This document shows, piece by piece, positions 10,064 through 20,498 of a stretch of DNA of 64,000 bases. This DNA comes from Bacteroidales bacterium (GTDB lineage: Bacteria; Bacteroidota; Bacteroidia; Bacteroidales; UBA12077): assembly GCA_028282585.1 (NCBI GenBank), contig JANQHR010000011.1:8595-72594 (forward strand). The letters are read 5' to 3'. The notes below the pieces were generated by a model. The model searched no databases, was not told the DNA's origin, and saw only the letters and a program-made list of their open reading frames with translations. Numbering within the stretch: the first letter of the stretch is position 1; the number at the start of each line of letters is the position of its first letter. The translations under genes were made by a program, and so were the position numbers.

Positions 10064-10477
10064 ATGAGAACCATTAATTTACTAATTGTTTTATTTGTTG
10101 GCATTTTATTGTCAGGTACAATATCTGCACAAGATAATCAGCAAAGCTCATCAGGAATCGAAATAAACTCTGAAGATACTATAGAATATGACTTGATTGT
10201 TTTTGATTCCAGATTTGACACTTATTTAGTTACTGTTCCGTATTCTAAGGATTTTTATTCTAATGAATATTACAGACATTGGAATATTATGTACTCTACA
10301 GAATGGAATATCAGACATCATGATCCTTTCAGATATGGAGATTTCTATGAAACATATATTTCTTATGATCAATCAATTGATTATGGCATTGACTTTAACT
10401 TTAAGTTATATCAATATTTTCAATTTATTGAAAATGAGCATAAAATTGTTTTAATTAATAGAAAAGGTAATTGGTAA
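10064..10477 (+). CDS. Secreted protein, DUF6146-like
   Basis: Signal peptide; EYDLIVFD..F, WN.....EWN, IDYGIDFNFKLYQYF. Confidence 0.75.
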   Translation: MRTINLLIVLFVGILLSGTISAQDNQQSSSGIEINSEDTIEYDLIVFDSRFDTYLVTVPYSKDFYSNEYYRHWNIMYSTEWNIRHHDPFRYGDFYETYISYDQSIDYGIDFNFKLYQYFQFIENEHKIVLINRKGNW

Positions 10478-10478
10478 T

Positions 10479-10508
10479 AAAAAAGGAGTTCGTTAGAACT
10501 CCTTTTTT
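10479..10508. terminator. Bidirectional intrinsic terminator
   Basis: AAAAAAGGAGTTC-GTTA-GAACTCCTTTTTT between convergent genes. Confidence 0.9.
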
Positions 10509-10528
10509 ATTACCTTAATATCATATTG

Positions 10529-11497
10529 TTAAAACAATCCTCCTTCTTCAATCTGGAATTTAGTGTTTCCAATTTCATTTCCATCAGCAAAAATGTGAAC
10601 TTCGTATGTTCCCGCAATTAAAGCGCCATTATTATCCCAGTAAATCGTAACATCTAAATCATTTCCTATATAATCTACGGGGCGTCTAGCAGAGTAAATA
10701 ATTTCCTGTCCTTGATATTCGAAAAGGTCCTCTTCTGATTTTGCTAAAATATAATCATCCGGACCTGCTATTCTAATATATACATCGCGTTCTCCTTGTT
10801 CTGCTAAAACATTTTCTTTAATACGGAAATCAACTTTTATTTTTTCAATTTTACTTAATCTATTATTAGCTTTTCCTCTTCTGTTAATTGGAGTTGCTAT
10901 AATTTCGTCAGTTCTTAGAGTACTTGCCATCTCAACTTTTCCAGAAAGATCCTTATTTTGCTCTTCAAGTTCGTTCTTAAACTTGGTCACTTCCTGAATT
11001 TCATTTTTAACTTTAATGTTCTCTGCAACTAAAGCTTGATTCATTGTATTTAACGAATCAATTTGTCGAACATAACTTTTAGCAACCTTACGAAGGGTCG
11101 TCAATTCATTTTGTAATTGTTTTATTTTAGCATAATTAGTTGCTTTAACTGTTTTAATTTCTGCTAAAAGATCATCTATTTTTTCTTTTTCTTCGTTTAA
11201 TTGAGCATTTAAAGAATCATTATCTGTCATTAATTCATCATAACCATCACGTAATTGCATTAGATGTGATTGTAATGAATCTTTTTCAGCGGTAAGTGCT
11301 GTTTCAATTTGATCTGTGGTTTGACGTTGATCAATGTATAACCATGTTACAACAACTAAAAGTCCCAGTACAAGGAATAATATAAACAGTAATCCACTTT
11401 TATTTTTTTTCGGCGGAATTGGAGCTTGATTATTTGCCTGCCTGTCAGCAGACTGGTTGGTTTCATTTTTATTTAGATTTTTGTTTTGCTCTTCCAT
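10529..11497 (-). CDS. Membrane-anchored coiled-coil hypothetical protein (conserved in Bacteroidota)
   Basis: Single N-terminal TM helix, long heptad coiled coil, C-terminal beta domain (GTYEVHIF). Confidence 0.8.
   Translation of the reverse strand: MEEQNKNLNKNETNQSADRQANNQAPIPPKKNKSGLLFILFLVLGLLVVVTWLYIDQRQTTDQIETALTAEKDSLQSHLMQLRDGYDELMTDNDSLNAQLNEEKEKIDDLLAEIKTVKATNYAKIKQLQNELTTLRKVAKSYVRQIDSLNTMNQALVAENIKVKNEIQEVTKFKNELEEQNKDLSGKVEMASTLRTDEIIATPINRRGKANNRLSKIEKIKVDFRIKENVLAEQGERDVYIRIAGPDDYILAKSEEDLFEYQGQEIIYSARRPVDYIGNDLDVTIYWDNNGALIAGTYEVHIFADGNEIGNTKFQIEEGGLF
11437..11456. repeat. 20-bp palindromic element, copy 1 (in frame within a CDS)
   Basis: CCTGCCTGTCAGCAGACTGG. Confidence 0.7.
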
Positions 11498-11699
11498 TTT
11501 AATTAGGTTATTAGTATTCGATTTGCAAATGTATACTATATTTTCATTAAGTTCAATACTTTGAGATTATTAACGAATAAATATCAATAAAATTATATTT
11601 CTTATCTTCTTCTAGTTTATGCCCTATGGAAATTTACCCGTACTTAAAGAGATAGTTGTAATATAACTAGACTTTGTCTGAAATTTGGTTTAAGAAGTC

Positions 11700-12497
11700 C
11701 TATTCTGCCTTGGGTTTGATCCTGTAACTCCTATATAGAAGGAAAAATCCAATTAGAATAAACGGTATACTTAACCACTGACCCATATTTAATGCCATTC
11801 CTTGTTCAAACCCAACCTGATCTTCTTTGATAAACTCGATTAATAACCGAACGGTGAATAACAGAATTAGAAATATACTAAATATAAGGCCTTGTTTGAG
11901 TTCTTTCCCCTTTTTATTATAAATGGTGTAAAGCAAGATAAAAATCAAAAGATAAGCTAAAGCTTCATAAATTTGCGTAGGGTGTTTTGGGATCGTTTGT
12001 CCATCACGAACAAAAATGAAACCCCAGGGTAAACTTGTTTCTATACCATAAATTTCTGAATTCATAAGATTTCCCATGCGTATAAAAAATCCTCCAAGCG
12101 CAACCACTATTACAATCCGATCTAAAATCCACATATAGGGTTTCTTATTTTTCTTAGAGAAATAGTACAAAGCAATTAAAATTCCTATTGCAGCACCATG
12201 GCTTGCCAAACCGCCATGCCAGATCTTTAAAATTTCAAGAGGATTACTTAAATAATATTCAGGTTGATAGAATAAACAATGTCCTAAACGAGCTCCTATT
12301 ACCGTTCCTACTGCCATGTAGACAGTGAGTTTATCGAGTAATTCAACGGGTAATCCTTCTTTCTTAAAAATTCTTTGCATAATGATATAACCAAAAAAGA
12401 AAGATGAGGCAAATAAAATACCATAATATCGGATGGTTAACCCCCAGAAACTTACAATATCAGGATTTACATCCCAGTTAATATAGTTTAGCAACAT
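11700..12497 (-). CDS. lgt: Prolipoprotein diacylglyceryl transferase
   Basis: RYYG, GARLGHCLFY, GGLASHG, RMGNLMNSEIYG, HPTQIYE, MGQWLSIP. Confidence 0.97.
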   Translation of the reverse strand: MLLNYINWDVNPDIVSFWGLTIRYYGILFASSFFFGYIIMQRIFKKEGLPVELLDKLTVYMAVGTVIGARLGHCLFYQPEYYLSNPLEILKIWHGGLASHGAAIGILIALYYFSKKNKKPYMWILDRIVIVVALGGFFIRMGNLMNSEIYGIETSLPWGFIFVRDGQTIPKHPTQIYEALAYLLIFILLYTIYNKKGKELKQGLIFSIFLILLFTVRLLIEFIKEDQVGFEQGMALNMGQWLSIPFILIGFFLLYRSYRIKPKAE

Positions 12498-12664
12498 GTT
12501 TATTATTTTTTGTTAATAACACAAATGTATTAAATTTTTAATGCCCTTAAATAATTATAGACTCAGTATTATGTTATTAAATGTTAAATAAACAAATACG
12601 GTAATAAAAATGGAAGCATAACTGTTTATTAAAATAAACTTTTTAAGTTTGTACGTTTTAATTT

Positions 12665-14635
12665 ATGAAGAATGGTATGAAAGTACATTCAATATACAGA
12701 GTAATTTATATTTTTATATTTAGTATTATAATACTTGCAAGTTGCGCAAAAATTGTAGCGCCTACTGGTGGTCCAAAAGATGAAGATCATCCGTTAATAG
12801 TTGAAATCGATCCTCCTGATTATACAATTAACTTTAATAGCGAGAAAGTAAATATAACATTTAACGAATTTATACAATTAAAGGACCTAAATGAAAGTTT
12901 GGTAATTTCTCCTCCGCTTGAAGAGAACCCTGAGATTAAAGTAAAAGGAAAAACATTGGTTATTGAATTTTTGGAGGAACTGAAAGATTCAACAACGTAT
13001 AACATTTACTTTGGTAATTCTGTACAAGATTTTAATGAAGGAAATCCAATAGAGAATTATCAATATGTTTTATCTACAGGATCATACGTTGATTCGCTAT
13101 CAATTTCCGGACAGGTTATAAACTCGTTTAATTTATTACCTGAAGAGGGAGTTTTTGTTATGTTGTATGAAGAGCTTGGAGATTCGGTACCTATTAAACA
13201 AATACCGACTTATATATCGAAAACAAATGAAGAAGGATTTTTTAGAATCAATAATATTGGGCATAATGAATACAAACTTTTTTGTGTAAGAGATTTTAAT
13301 AAGAATTACCTGTTTGATTTACCTAATGAAGACATTGCCTTCACCGATTCATTAATTAGGTTTGATTTAATTAATGAAACAATTACCGATTCAATTTACA
13401 GAGCTGACATAATAATAGTTGATACTTTATTAACTGAAACAGATTCTTTGGTTTATAGAAAAGATACTTTGAGCAAAAGTATTACAATTACTACCATAGA
13501 AACAATGGTTAATAATAAATTAGATACGATTGTAAGGGATACCAGCTATATAAATGCTGACACATCTTTAATATTAAAAGAAAGTTTGTTTAAGCTGGAT
13601 ACAATTATACATGAGTCGATCTCGTTTTATCCGGTAATAGACTATACATTCAGGTTATTTACTGAATATAATGAACTCCAATATTTAACAAATAATACCA
13701 GAGAAACCAAACAAAAAATAGAAATTACATTTAATAAACCTATCAAAGACAGTTTAGTTTTTTCGTTGGTAGATACAATAATTGAAAAGCAATGGTATAT
13801 TGAAGAAATTAATCAAACACGGGATTCCATAATTTATTGGCTAACGGATAGCTCTTTTTATAATCAGGAGAGGCTCATATTTGCTTTAAACTATCAAAGA
13901 GAAGATTCAAATTTAGTTTATCAATGGAATGTTGATACTCTTAATATGAGATATGTTGAAGAAAAACTAAAAAGGAACGAAGAACCTGATACTAGTTTAA
14001 AGTATAATGTAAATATTCAGAATAAAGGCCAAATAGATTTAAATAAAGACATCAAATTTTTCTTTGAAACTCCTCTTGATTATTATGATACTTCTAGAAT
14101 AGATCTGTTTGAAGTTATTGACAGTATTGAGATACCGAAAGAGTTTGAAGTTTATAAAGACAGTATAAAACATCGTTCATATTCAATGGCAGTTGATTGG
14201 AGTGAAGATACTGTATATCGGCTCGAAGTTTACCCCGGTGCTTTCACAGATATTTATGAAGCTACTAACGATACAAGTATTTTGTTATTTGATACCCAGA
14301 AACGTGATTATTATGGGAAGATTTTGGTTGATATTATTGGCATGGATTCCATACCATCCTACCAATTAATCTGCCAATTAATAATTCCGGGAAAAGAATC
14401 AGAAACAGTTTTCGAGGAGAAAATAATACAAAATAATCAATTGGTAGAATTTGATTTTTTACCGCCGAAAGAATTTATATTTAAAGTTATTCTGGATAAA
14501 AATTATAATGGAAAGTGGGATACCGGAGAATATTTAAAGAATGTTCAACCGGAAGAAGTTTTGTATCATGATGAGAAAATAAAAGTCAGGTCTAATTGGG
14601 ATATTGAAGTTAATTTTAATGTAAAAAAACAATAA
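12665..14635 (+). CDS. Lipoprotein with Ig-like (Big_5) domain
   Basis: Lipobox LASC, then PTGGPKD..P; DKNYNGKWDTG...QPE...VRSNWD C-terminus typical of this Bacteroidota family. Confidence 0.85.
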   Translation: MKNGMKVHSIYRVIYIFIFSIIILASCAKIVAPTGGPKDEDHPLIVEIDPPDYTINFNSEKVNITFNEFIQLKDLNESLVISPPLEENPEIKVKGKTLVIEFLEELKDSTTYNIYFGNSVQDFNEGNPIENYQYVLSTGSYVDSLSISGQVINSFNLLPEEGVFVMLYEELGDSVPIKQIPTYISKTNEEGFFRINNIGHNEYKLFCVRDFNKNYLFDLPNEDIAFTDSLIRFDLINETITDSIYRADIIIVDTLLTETDSLVYRKDTLSKSITITTIETMVNNKLDTIVRDTSYINADTSLILKESLFKLDTIIHESISFYPVIDYTFRLFTEYNELQYLTNNTRETKQKIEITFNKPIKDSLVFSLVDTIIEKQWYIEEINQTRDSIIYWLTDSSFYNQERLIFALNYQREDSNLVYQWNVDTLNMRYVEEKLKRNEEPDTSLKYNVNIQNKGQIDLNKDIKFFFETPLDYYDTSRIDLFEVIDSIEIPKEFEVYKDSIKHRSYSMAVDWSEDTVYRLEVYPGAFTDIYEATNDTSILLFDTQKRDYYGKILVDIIGMDSIPSYQLICQLIIPGKESETVFEEKIIQNNQLVEFDFLPPKEFIFKVILDKNYNGKWDTGEYLKNVQPEEVLYHDEKIKVRSNWDIEVNFNVKKQ

Positions 14636-14636
14636 T

Positions 14637-14951
14637 ATGTCAGTACTTCTTGAGTTTGCGATGTTTCCTACGGATAAATCTGGTGATAGTGCCAGTGAAT
14701 CAGTAAGTAAAGTAATTGAGATGATTCATAAAAGTGGAGTAAATTATAAACTCACGGCAATGGGTACTATAATTGAAACTGAAACAATAGAGGAGGCATT
14801 AGATATAGTAAATCGATCATATAAAGTTCTCGAGCCCTTTTCAAAAAGAGTTTATTCTTCAATCAAATTGGATATTCGAAAAGAAAAATCGAATAGACTT
14901 CAACAGAAGATTGAGTCAGTTGAATCAAAAATCGGTAAAGTAAATAAATAA
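14637..14951 (+). CDS. MTH1187 family thiamine-binding protein
   Basis: EFAMFP..., YKLTAMGTIIE, RVYSSIKLDIR. Confidence 0.88.
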   Translation: MSVLLEFAMFPTDKSGDSASESVSKVIEMIHKSGVNYKLTAMGTIIETETIEEALDIVNRSYKVLEPFSKRVYSSIKLDIRKEKSNRLQQKIESVESKIGKVNK

Positions 14952-15081
14952 CTGCTTTCTATTGATAGAACGCTATATTAATCATCAATAAATTGAACAA
15001 ATTAGTTCTTTTTTTCGTAGAAAAGAAATAACTTGTCATGCCCTAATTTGTTAATTATTATTTGTTTAAAAGGTAGATGGT

Positions 15082-18000
15082 ATGTTTAAACGTCTTGCTC
15101 TCATATTTTTATTTTTCGTTGTTGGTGGAGTAGTTTTATCCCAGGAAAAAGTAAAAATAAATTTAAAAAAACAAAGAAGCCATATTAAGAAAAATCAGGA
15201 ATTTGTTCAAAACGTTCAAAATGGATTTATTATAAAAAAAGATATTAGTGTTATTGAGCTAAACGAAAAGGAGACAAAAGAGGGATTTTATCGCCAATTA
15301 TTTTCGGAAGGAATGAGTAAAACGTTCGATGCAGGTAAACCGGATCTGCCAGTTATTAACAGACTTATTGAAATTCCACAAAATCATACTGCTAAAGTAA
15401 AGCTTATCCGTTACGATGAAGAAATAGTTAATTTGAAAGACTATGGATTAACCAAGCTAATATCTCCGGCTCAACCTTCTTTTGAAAAAAGTAAAAATCC
15501 AAAAAATATTCCATTTTATAAAGATGAAGAGGTTTATAGCGCTAATGAGTTTTATAGTAAAGAAAGTGTAAAATTTGAGGATATTGGGTATTTACGTCAT
15601 AAACATTTAGGATATATTGAGATATCACCATTTTCGTACAACCCTGTAACAAACACATTAAAAGTTCTAAATAATATCGAGGTTAGCGTTGAGTTTATTC
15701 CTGAAAAACAAAAAAAACATAAAACCTTTGATCAACTGGGATCGCCTTATTTTAATAATGTTAATTACCAAACAATAAATAAAACAACCGAATCCAAATC
15801 TCTAATTAGTGGTCCTGTTAAGTATGTCATTGTATCAGATCGAATGTTTGAGGAAACATTGCGACCATTTATTGAATGGAAAACTCAAAAGGGTTACATT
15901 GTTGTTGAGGCTTATACAGATTTAATAGGTAATACCACAACAGATATACAGGCCTATTTACAAGATTTATATGATAACCCAAGTGATGGCATATCTCCTA
16001 CATTCGGATTATTGGTTGGTGATGTGGATCAAGTACCAACTTTTAGTGGTACTGCAGGAAGTCATAAAACTGATTTATATTACTTTGAATATACAGGAGA
16101 TAAGTTACCAGAAGTATTTTATGGTAGATTTTCAGCTGAGTCGGTAGAGGAACTGCAACCTCAAATTGAAAAAACCCTGAAAGTAGAAAAGTATGAAATG
16201 CCAAATCCATCATATCTTGATAATGTGGTTTTAGTAGCAGGAGTTGATGGCAGTTATGCACCAACGTATGGTAATGGTGCGATTAATTATGCTAATAATT
16301 ACTATACCAATTCAGAAAACAATATAACATCTTATTTTTATTTATATAATGATGATAGTGGGGTAATGTCCTCAAATAATTCAGGAGCATCAGCATCAAT
16401 TAGAAGTTATATTAACGCAGGAGTTTCTTTTTCAAACTACACAGCGCATTGTGGCTCAAATGGATGGTCCGACCCTAGTTTTAGTATAAGCCATATTGAT
16501 GAGCTTACAAATGAACATATGTATCCCTTGATTATTGGGAATTGCTGCCAGTCAAATACTTTTTATAATGACGATTGTTTTGGTGAAGAGATTTTAATGG
16601 CCGCAAATAAAGGTGCAGTCGGGTATATTGGTGGATCTAATCTTACATATTGGGATGAAGATTATTATTGGGCAATAGGACTTACGGGATCTGTTAGTGC
16701 AAATCCAACTTATGAAGGAAGTGAACTGGGAGTATACGACAGGTTCTTTCATTTAAACGGTGAATCGCAAGAGGATTGGTATGTAACTCAAGGGCAAATA
16801 AATGTTGCAGGTAATTTGGCAGTTCAGGCATCGACTTCATCCAGAAAAGCATATTATTGGGAGGTTTATCATTTAATGGGCGATCCTTCGCTTACACCAT
16901 TTGTAACTGTCCCTTCCTCTCTTGTGGCTTCTTATAATGAGGATATTATTGTAGGATCTTCAAGTTTTCAGATAAGTGCTGAAGAAAACTCTTATGTAGC
17001 GCTTTCTCAAAATGGAGTGCTATTGGATGCCCACCTGGTAGATGCATCAGGAACCGTCGAATTATCATTTGACCCAGTCACCGAAGTTGGAACTGCAGAT
17101 ATTGTAATTACTAAGCAAAATCGTCAGCCTGTTATTGATCAAATTAACGTGATTCCTTCGACTACTCCATATATATTGTTAGACTATTATGTGATTAATG
17201 ATGAAACCGAAAATTATGATTCAACTCCCGATTACGGAGAAACAATAAAACTAGATATTCAATTAAAGAATTTATCCGACGATTACGATGCTTTAAATGT
17301 TAAAGCTAATTTGACTACTTCTGACACAAATGTTATTATTTCAGATGGATATCATGACTTTGGTTCGATACCTAAATCAGATAGTTTATTTGTTGAAGGA
17401 ACATTTACAATTCAGATAAAAAATAGGGTTACCAACCAACATAATATAGAATTTGTAGTTGAAATACTTGGTGAAGACTTGGGAAGTGTCGAATATAGTT
17501 GGATTTCAAAATTTAATTTGGTAATAAATGCACCGGAAGTAGAAATTATGGATGTTCAAATAAATGATTTGACAGGCAATAATAATGAAATTTTAGATCC
17601 AGGAGAAACAAGTGATATAGAACTAATTGTAAAAAACAAAGGTAATTCTTTAATTTCGGGTTTAGTTGGAAAATCCAGTATATTAGGGCAAGGAGCTTTA
17701 TATTTAACAATCAACAATGAAGTTTCAGACAGCTTTTCTTTAGATGCTGGTGAAACAGATACCATATCTTTTAATGTTACCGCTAATTCTGAAACTGTTT
17801 ATGGTACAGTAGTATATATGAACTATGTTATAGAAGATCCAATAAATCAATTTTATACTATAACAAAGGATAAAGAAATAAGCGTAGGAGAAATTCCGAA
17901 TATTCTGATAAATGATAAAGATACAAGTATTGTTAACAAAGGATATTTTTATGATTCGGGGGGAAGCGCAGGAAATTATTCTAACCATGAAAATGATACA

Positions 18001-19698
18001 ATAACAATTCGTCCTTATAATGATGGTCAGTACATAAATGTAGAATTTTTGGAATTTAGCATAGAAGCAGATGGAAGTGGTTGTTATGACTATTTGGAGA
18101 TATATGACGGTTTAAATACAGAGGCAGATTTAATAGGATCATATTGTAACTCAAATGTTCCCGCCAGTATTACCGCAACAAATCCGGAAGGGGCTCTAAC
18201 GTTTAGATTTTCTTCCGATTATTCGGTAATTTATCAAGGGTGGGAGGCTGAAATAACAACGGTACAAGGAACAAATTACAATCTATCTTTAATGGTTTCG
18301 GACATTAGTGGCCCGGTAAAAGGAGCAGTTGTTGAGTTTGACGGACAAACTGATACTACTGATATAAATGGTGAAGCCCAATTTGTAAATATACCGAAAG
18401 GTATAAACTATCCATTGTCTATTTCAGCTATTGGATATGAAACTTTACAGACAACCCTTAATATATTTGAAAATATAAACGAAGAGTTTACGCTTGAAAT
18501 TTTGAAATATGATATTACATTTAACTTGTTCGATCCGGATGGTTCTGTTGAAGGAAATGTAATTTTTAACGGATTAACATTATCAACAACAAACGGTATC
18601 GTAACTTTCGAAGACGTTGAATATGGATTAAACAAAGAATGTATAATTCAATCTTATGGTTGCGAAACCAAAATAGATACAATAGATGTAGCTACTAATA
18701 TTTCTGTGGATATAGTTTTAAATGCAATAAATTACGATATTGATTTTATTATTTCTGATGGTATAAATCCCGTTCAAAATGTGATTATTGAGTTTGATAA
18801 TAAGGAAGTAAGTACGGATATTAATGGGTTGGCTAAGTTTGAACAGGTGAAAATGGATACAATGCTAAACTATATTGTTCGAAAAACAGATTATGATAAT
18901 ATTGAGGGAAATGTTAATGTGTTGAAAGATTCAACTATATACTTAACCTTAAATGGAGGTAAAGCATATTATAAAGTGCGTTTTGAAGTAAAAAGGGAAT
19001 TAAATCCAGTATATAATGCCGAAGTTATACTAAATAATGATACGCTTTTTACAAATAATGAGGGATTAGCAATTTTTGAGGATATTGAGGAGTTAGAAAA
19101 CATGACTTATAAAATTACTAAACCACATTTTAATATTGAAGAAGGTACTATTAGTATTTCAGGCGACAATATTACGATTGTAAAAGATCTTACTTACACA
19201 ACCTATGAAGTAATATTTAGACTTATTGAGAATGGAAATCCAGTAACTGATGCAAGTATTACATTTGATGGGATTAGTAAAGTAAGCGATAGCAATGGAG
19301 AGTCTATTTTTGAGTTGATTTATTCCCTAAACAGAACTTATCAAATAACAATGGATGGTTACGAGGATAATAGTGGGATGATTAATGTTGATGAGAATAA
19401 GGTTCTTGATATATTGATGGTTCCAACAAGAATTGACGATATAGAAGAACGGTATGTTAAAATTTATCCAAATCCATCAAATGGACAATTTATAGTAGAG
19501 ATAAACGATATAAATAATAAATTATTTACGATAAGAATTTTTAATATAATTGGTTCTACTATTTATACCAAAGAAGTTTCTGGTTACTCTTATGTTCGCG
19601 AACAAATTGATATTTCGCAATATGCAAAAGGAATGTATTTTGTTTCAATTGAATCTGAAGATGGAACAATTAATAGCAATAGAATTTTAATTAGATAA
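15082..19698 (+). CDS. Peptidase C25 (gingipain-like) with propeptide, CUB domain, Ig-like repeats and T9SS CTD
   Basis: GKPDLPV propeptide, LVGDVDQVP, NYTAH and IGNCC catalytic motifs, LMGDPS, CUB (CYDYLEIYDG), IYPNPSNG...GMYFV CTD. Confidence 0.93.
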   Translation: MFKRLALIFLFFVVGGVVLSQEKVKINLKKQRSHIKKNQEFVQNVQNGFIIKKDISVIELNEKETKEGFYRQLFSEGMSKTFDAGKPDLPVINRLIEIPQNHTAKVKLIRYDEEIVNLKDYGLTKLISPAQPSFEKSKNPKNIPFYKDEEVYSANEFYSKESVKFEDIGYLRHKHLGYIEISPFSYNPVTNTLKVLNNIEVSVEFIPEKQKKHKTFDQLGSPYFNNVNYQTINKTTESKSLISGPVKYVIVSDRMFEETLRPFIEWKTQKGYIVVEAYTDLIGNTTTDIQAYLQDLYDNPSDGISPTFGLLVGDVDQVPTFSGTAGSHKTDLYYFEYTGDKLPEVFYGRFSAESVEELQPQIEKTLKVEKYEMPNPSYLDNVVLVAGVDGSYAPTYGNGAINYANNYYTNSENNITSYFYLYNDDSGVMSSNNSGASASIRSYINAGVSFSNYTAHCGSNGWSDPSFSISHIDELTNEHMYPLIIGNCCQSNTFYNDDCFGEEILMAANKGAVGYIGGSNLTYWDEDYYWAIGLTGSVSANPTYEGSELGVYDRFFHLNGESQEDWYVTQGQINVAGNLAVQASTSSRKAYYWEVYHLMGDPSLTPFVTVPSSLVASYNEDIIVGSSSFQISAEENSYVALSQNGVLLDAHLVDASGTVELSFDPVTEVGTADIVITKQNRQPVIDQINVIPSTTPYILLDYYVINDETENYDSTPDYGETIKLDIQLKNLSDDYDALNVKANLTTSDTNVIISDGYHDFGSIPKSDSLFVEGTFTIQIKNRVTNQHNIEFVVEILGEDLGSVEYSWISKFNLVINAPEVEIMDVQINDLTGNNNEILDPGETSDIELIVKNKGNSLISGLVGKSSILGQGALYLTINNEVSDSFSLDAGETDTISFNVTANSETVYGTVVYMNYVIEDPINQFYTITKDKEISVGEIPNILINDKDTSIVNKGYFYDSGGSAGNYSNHENDTITIRPYNDGQYINVEFLEFSIEADGSGCYDYLEIYDGLNTEADLIGSYCNSNVPASITATNPEGALTFRFSSDYSVIYQGWEAEITTVQGTNYNLSLMVSDISGPVKGAVVEFDGQTDTTDINGEAQFVNIPKGINYPLSISAIGYETLQTTLNIFENINEEFTLEILKYDITFNLFDPDGSVEGNVIFNGLTLSTTNGIVTFEDVEYGLNKECIIQSYGCETKIDTIDVATNISVDIVLNAINYDIDFIISDGINPVQNVIIEFDNKEVSTDINGLAKFEQVKMDTMLNYIVRKTDYDNIEGNVNVLKDSTIYLTLNGGKAYYKVRFEVKRELNPVYNAEVILNNDTLFTNNEGLAIFEDIEELENMTYKITKPHFNIEEGTISISGDNITIVKDLTYTTYEVIFRLIENGNPVTDASITFDGISKVSDSNGESIFELIYSLNRTYQITMDGYEDNSGMINVDENKVLDILMVPTRIDDIEERYVKIYPNPSNGQFIVEINDINNKLFTIRIFNIIGSTIYTKEVSGYSYVREQIDISQYAKGMYFVSIESEDGTINSNRILIR

Positions 19699-19715
19699 CT
19701 TTATTTAATTGGATT

Positions 19716-19798
19716 AAACCCGATTGAAAAATGAACTGCACCCCAAAAGTTTGATACAACATTTGGGGTGTAGTTCAAAAAAAGGATCGGGTTTTTTT
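19716..19798 (+). terminator. Intrinsic terminator interrupted by an insertion
   Basis: Arms AAACCCGAT (19716-19724) and ATCGGGTTT (19786-19794) plus T-run. Confidence 0.75.
19732..19777. mobile_element. 46-bp miniature IS3-family element (two terminal inverted repeats only)
   Basis: TGAACTGCACCCCAAA...TTTGGGGTGTAGTTCA; TG...CA ends; flanked by A-runs. Confidence 0.72.
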
Positions 19799-19840
19799 AT
19801 TGTTTAAAATTTAGGATATTTATAATTCAAAATCCATATT

Positions 19841-20497
19841 ATGAAAGAAGATCATAAACGATTTATTTACAGCTTAGTTTTTCCGGTATTTTTTCTAATT
19901 ATAATATGGCTCATTAAAATTTCTGAAATTTTATTAAATATTAATTTCACTTTTTTGGGAATTTTCCCACTTAAAACAAAAGGATTAGTTGGGATTATAA
20001 CAGCTCCACTTATACATTCGGATATTGAGCATTTGATAGCCAATAGTGTTCCAATTTTAATATTAGGTACAGGAATTTTTTACTTTTATAACAAAATTGC
20101 ATATAAAGTATTCTTTTTAAGCTATTTTATTGCAAATGTATGGATTTGGCTAGGTGCTCGACATGCTTATCATATTGGTGCAAGTGGATTAGTATACAGT
20201 TTTGCATCTTTTTTGTTCGTAAGTGGTATGATTAGGAAAAATATGCGATTAATGGCCATATCATTACTAGTTGTTTTTCTTTATGGAAGCATGATTTGGG
20301 GAGTTTTGCCTTTACAACCCCATATTTCATGGGAGTCTCATTTGATGGGGGCAATAGCAGGATTAGTTTTAGCGGTTTATTATAAAGATCAAGGGCCAAA
20401 ACGAAAAGTATATAGTTGGGAGTTAGAAGAAGAGGATGAAGATTTAGATGAAGAAGATAGATATTGGGAAATTGAAACAGAAGAAAATGAAGATTGA
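19841..20497 (+). CDS. Rhomboid family intramembrane serine protease
   Basis: [21 protein letters not shown]. Confidence 0.93.
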   Translation: MKEDHKRFIYSLVFPVFFLIIIWLIKISEILLNINFTFLGIFPLKTKGLVGIITAPLIHSDIEHLIANSVPILILGTGIFYFYNKIAYKVFFLSYFIANVWIWLGARHAYHIGASGLVYSFASFLFVSGMIRKNMRLMAISLLVVFLYGSMIWGVLPLQPHISWESHLMGAIAGLVLAVYYKDQGPKRKVYSWELEEEDEDLDEEDRYWEIETEENED

Positions 20498-20498
20498 A

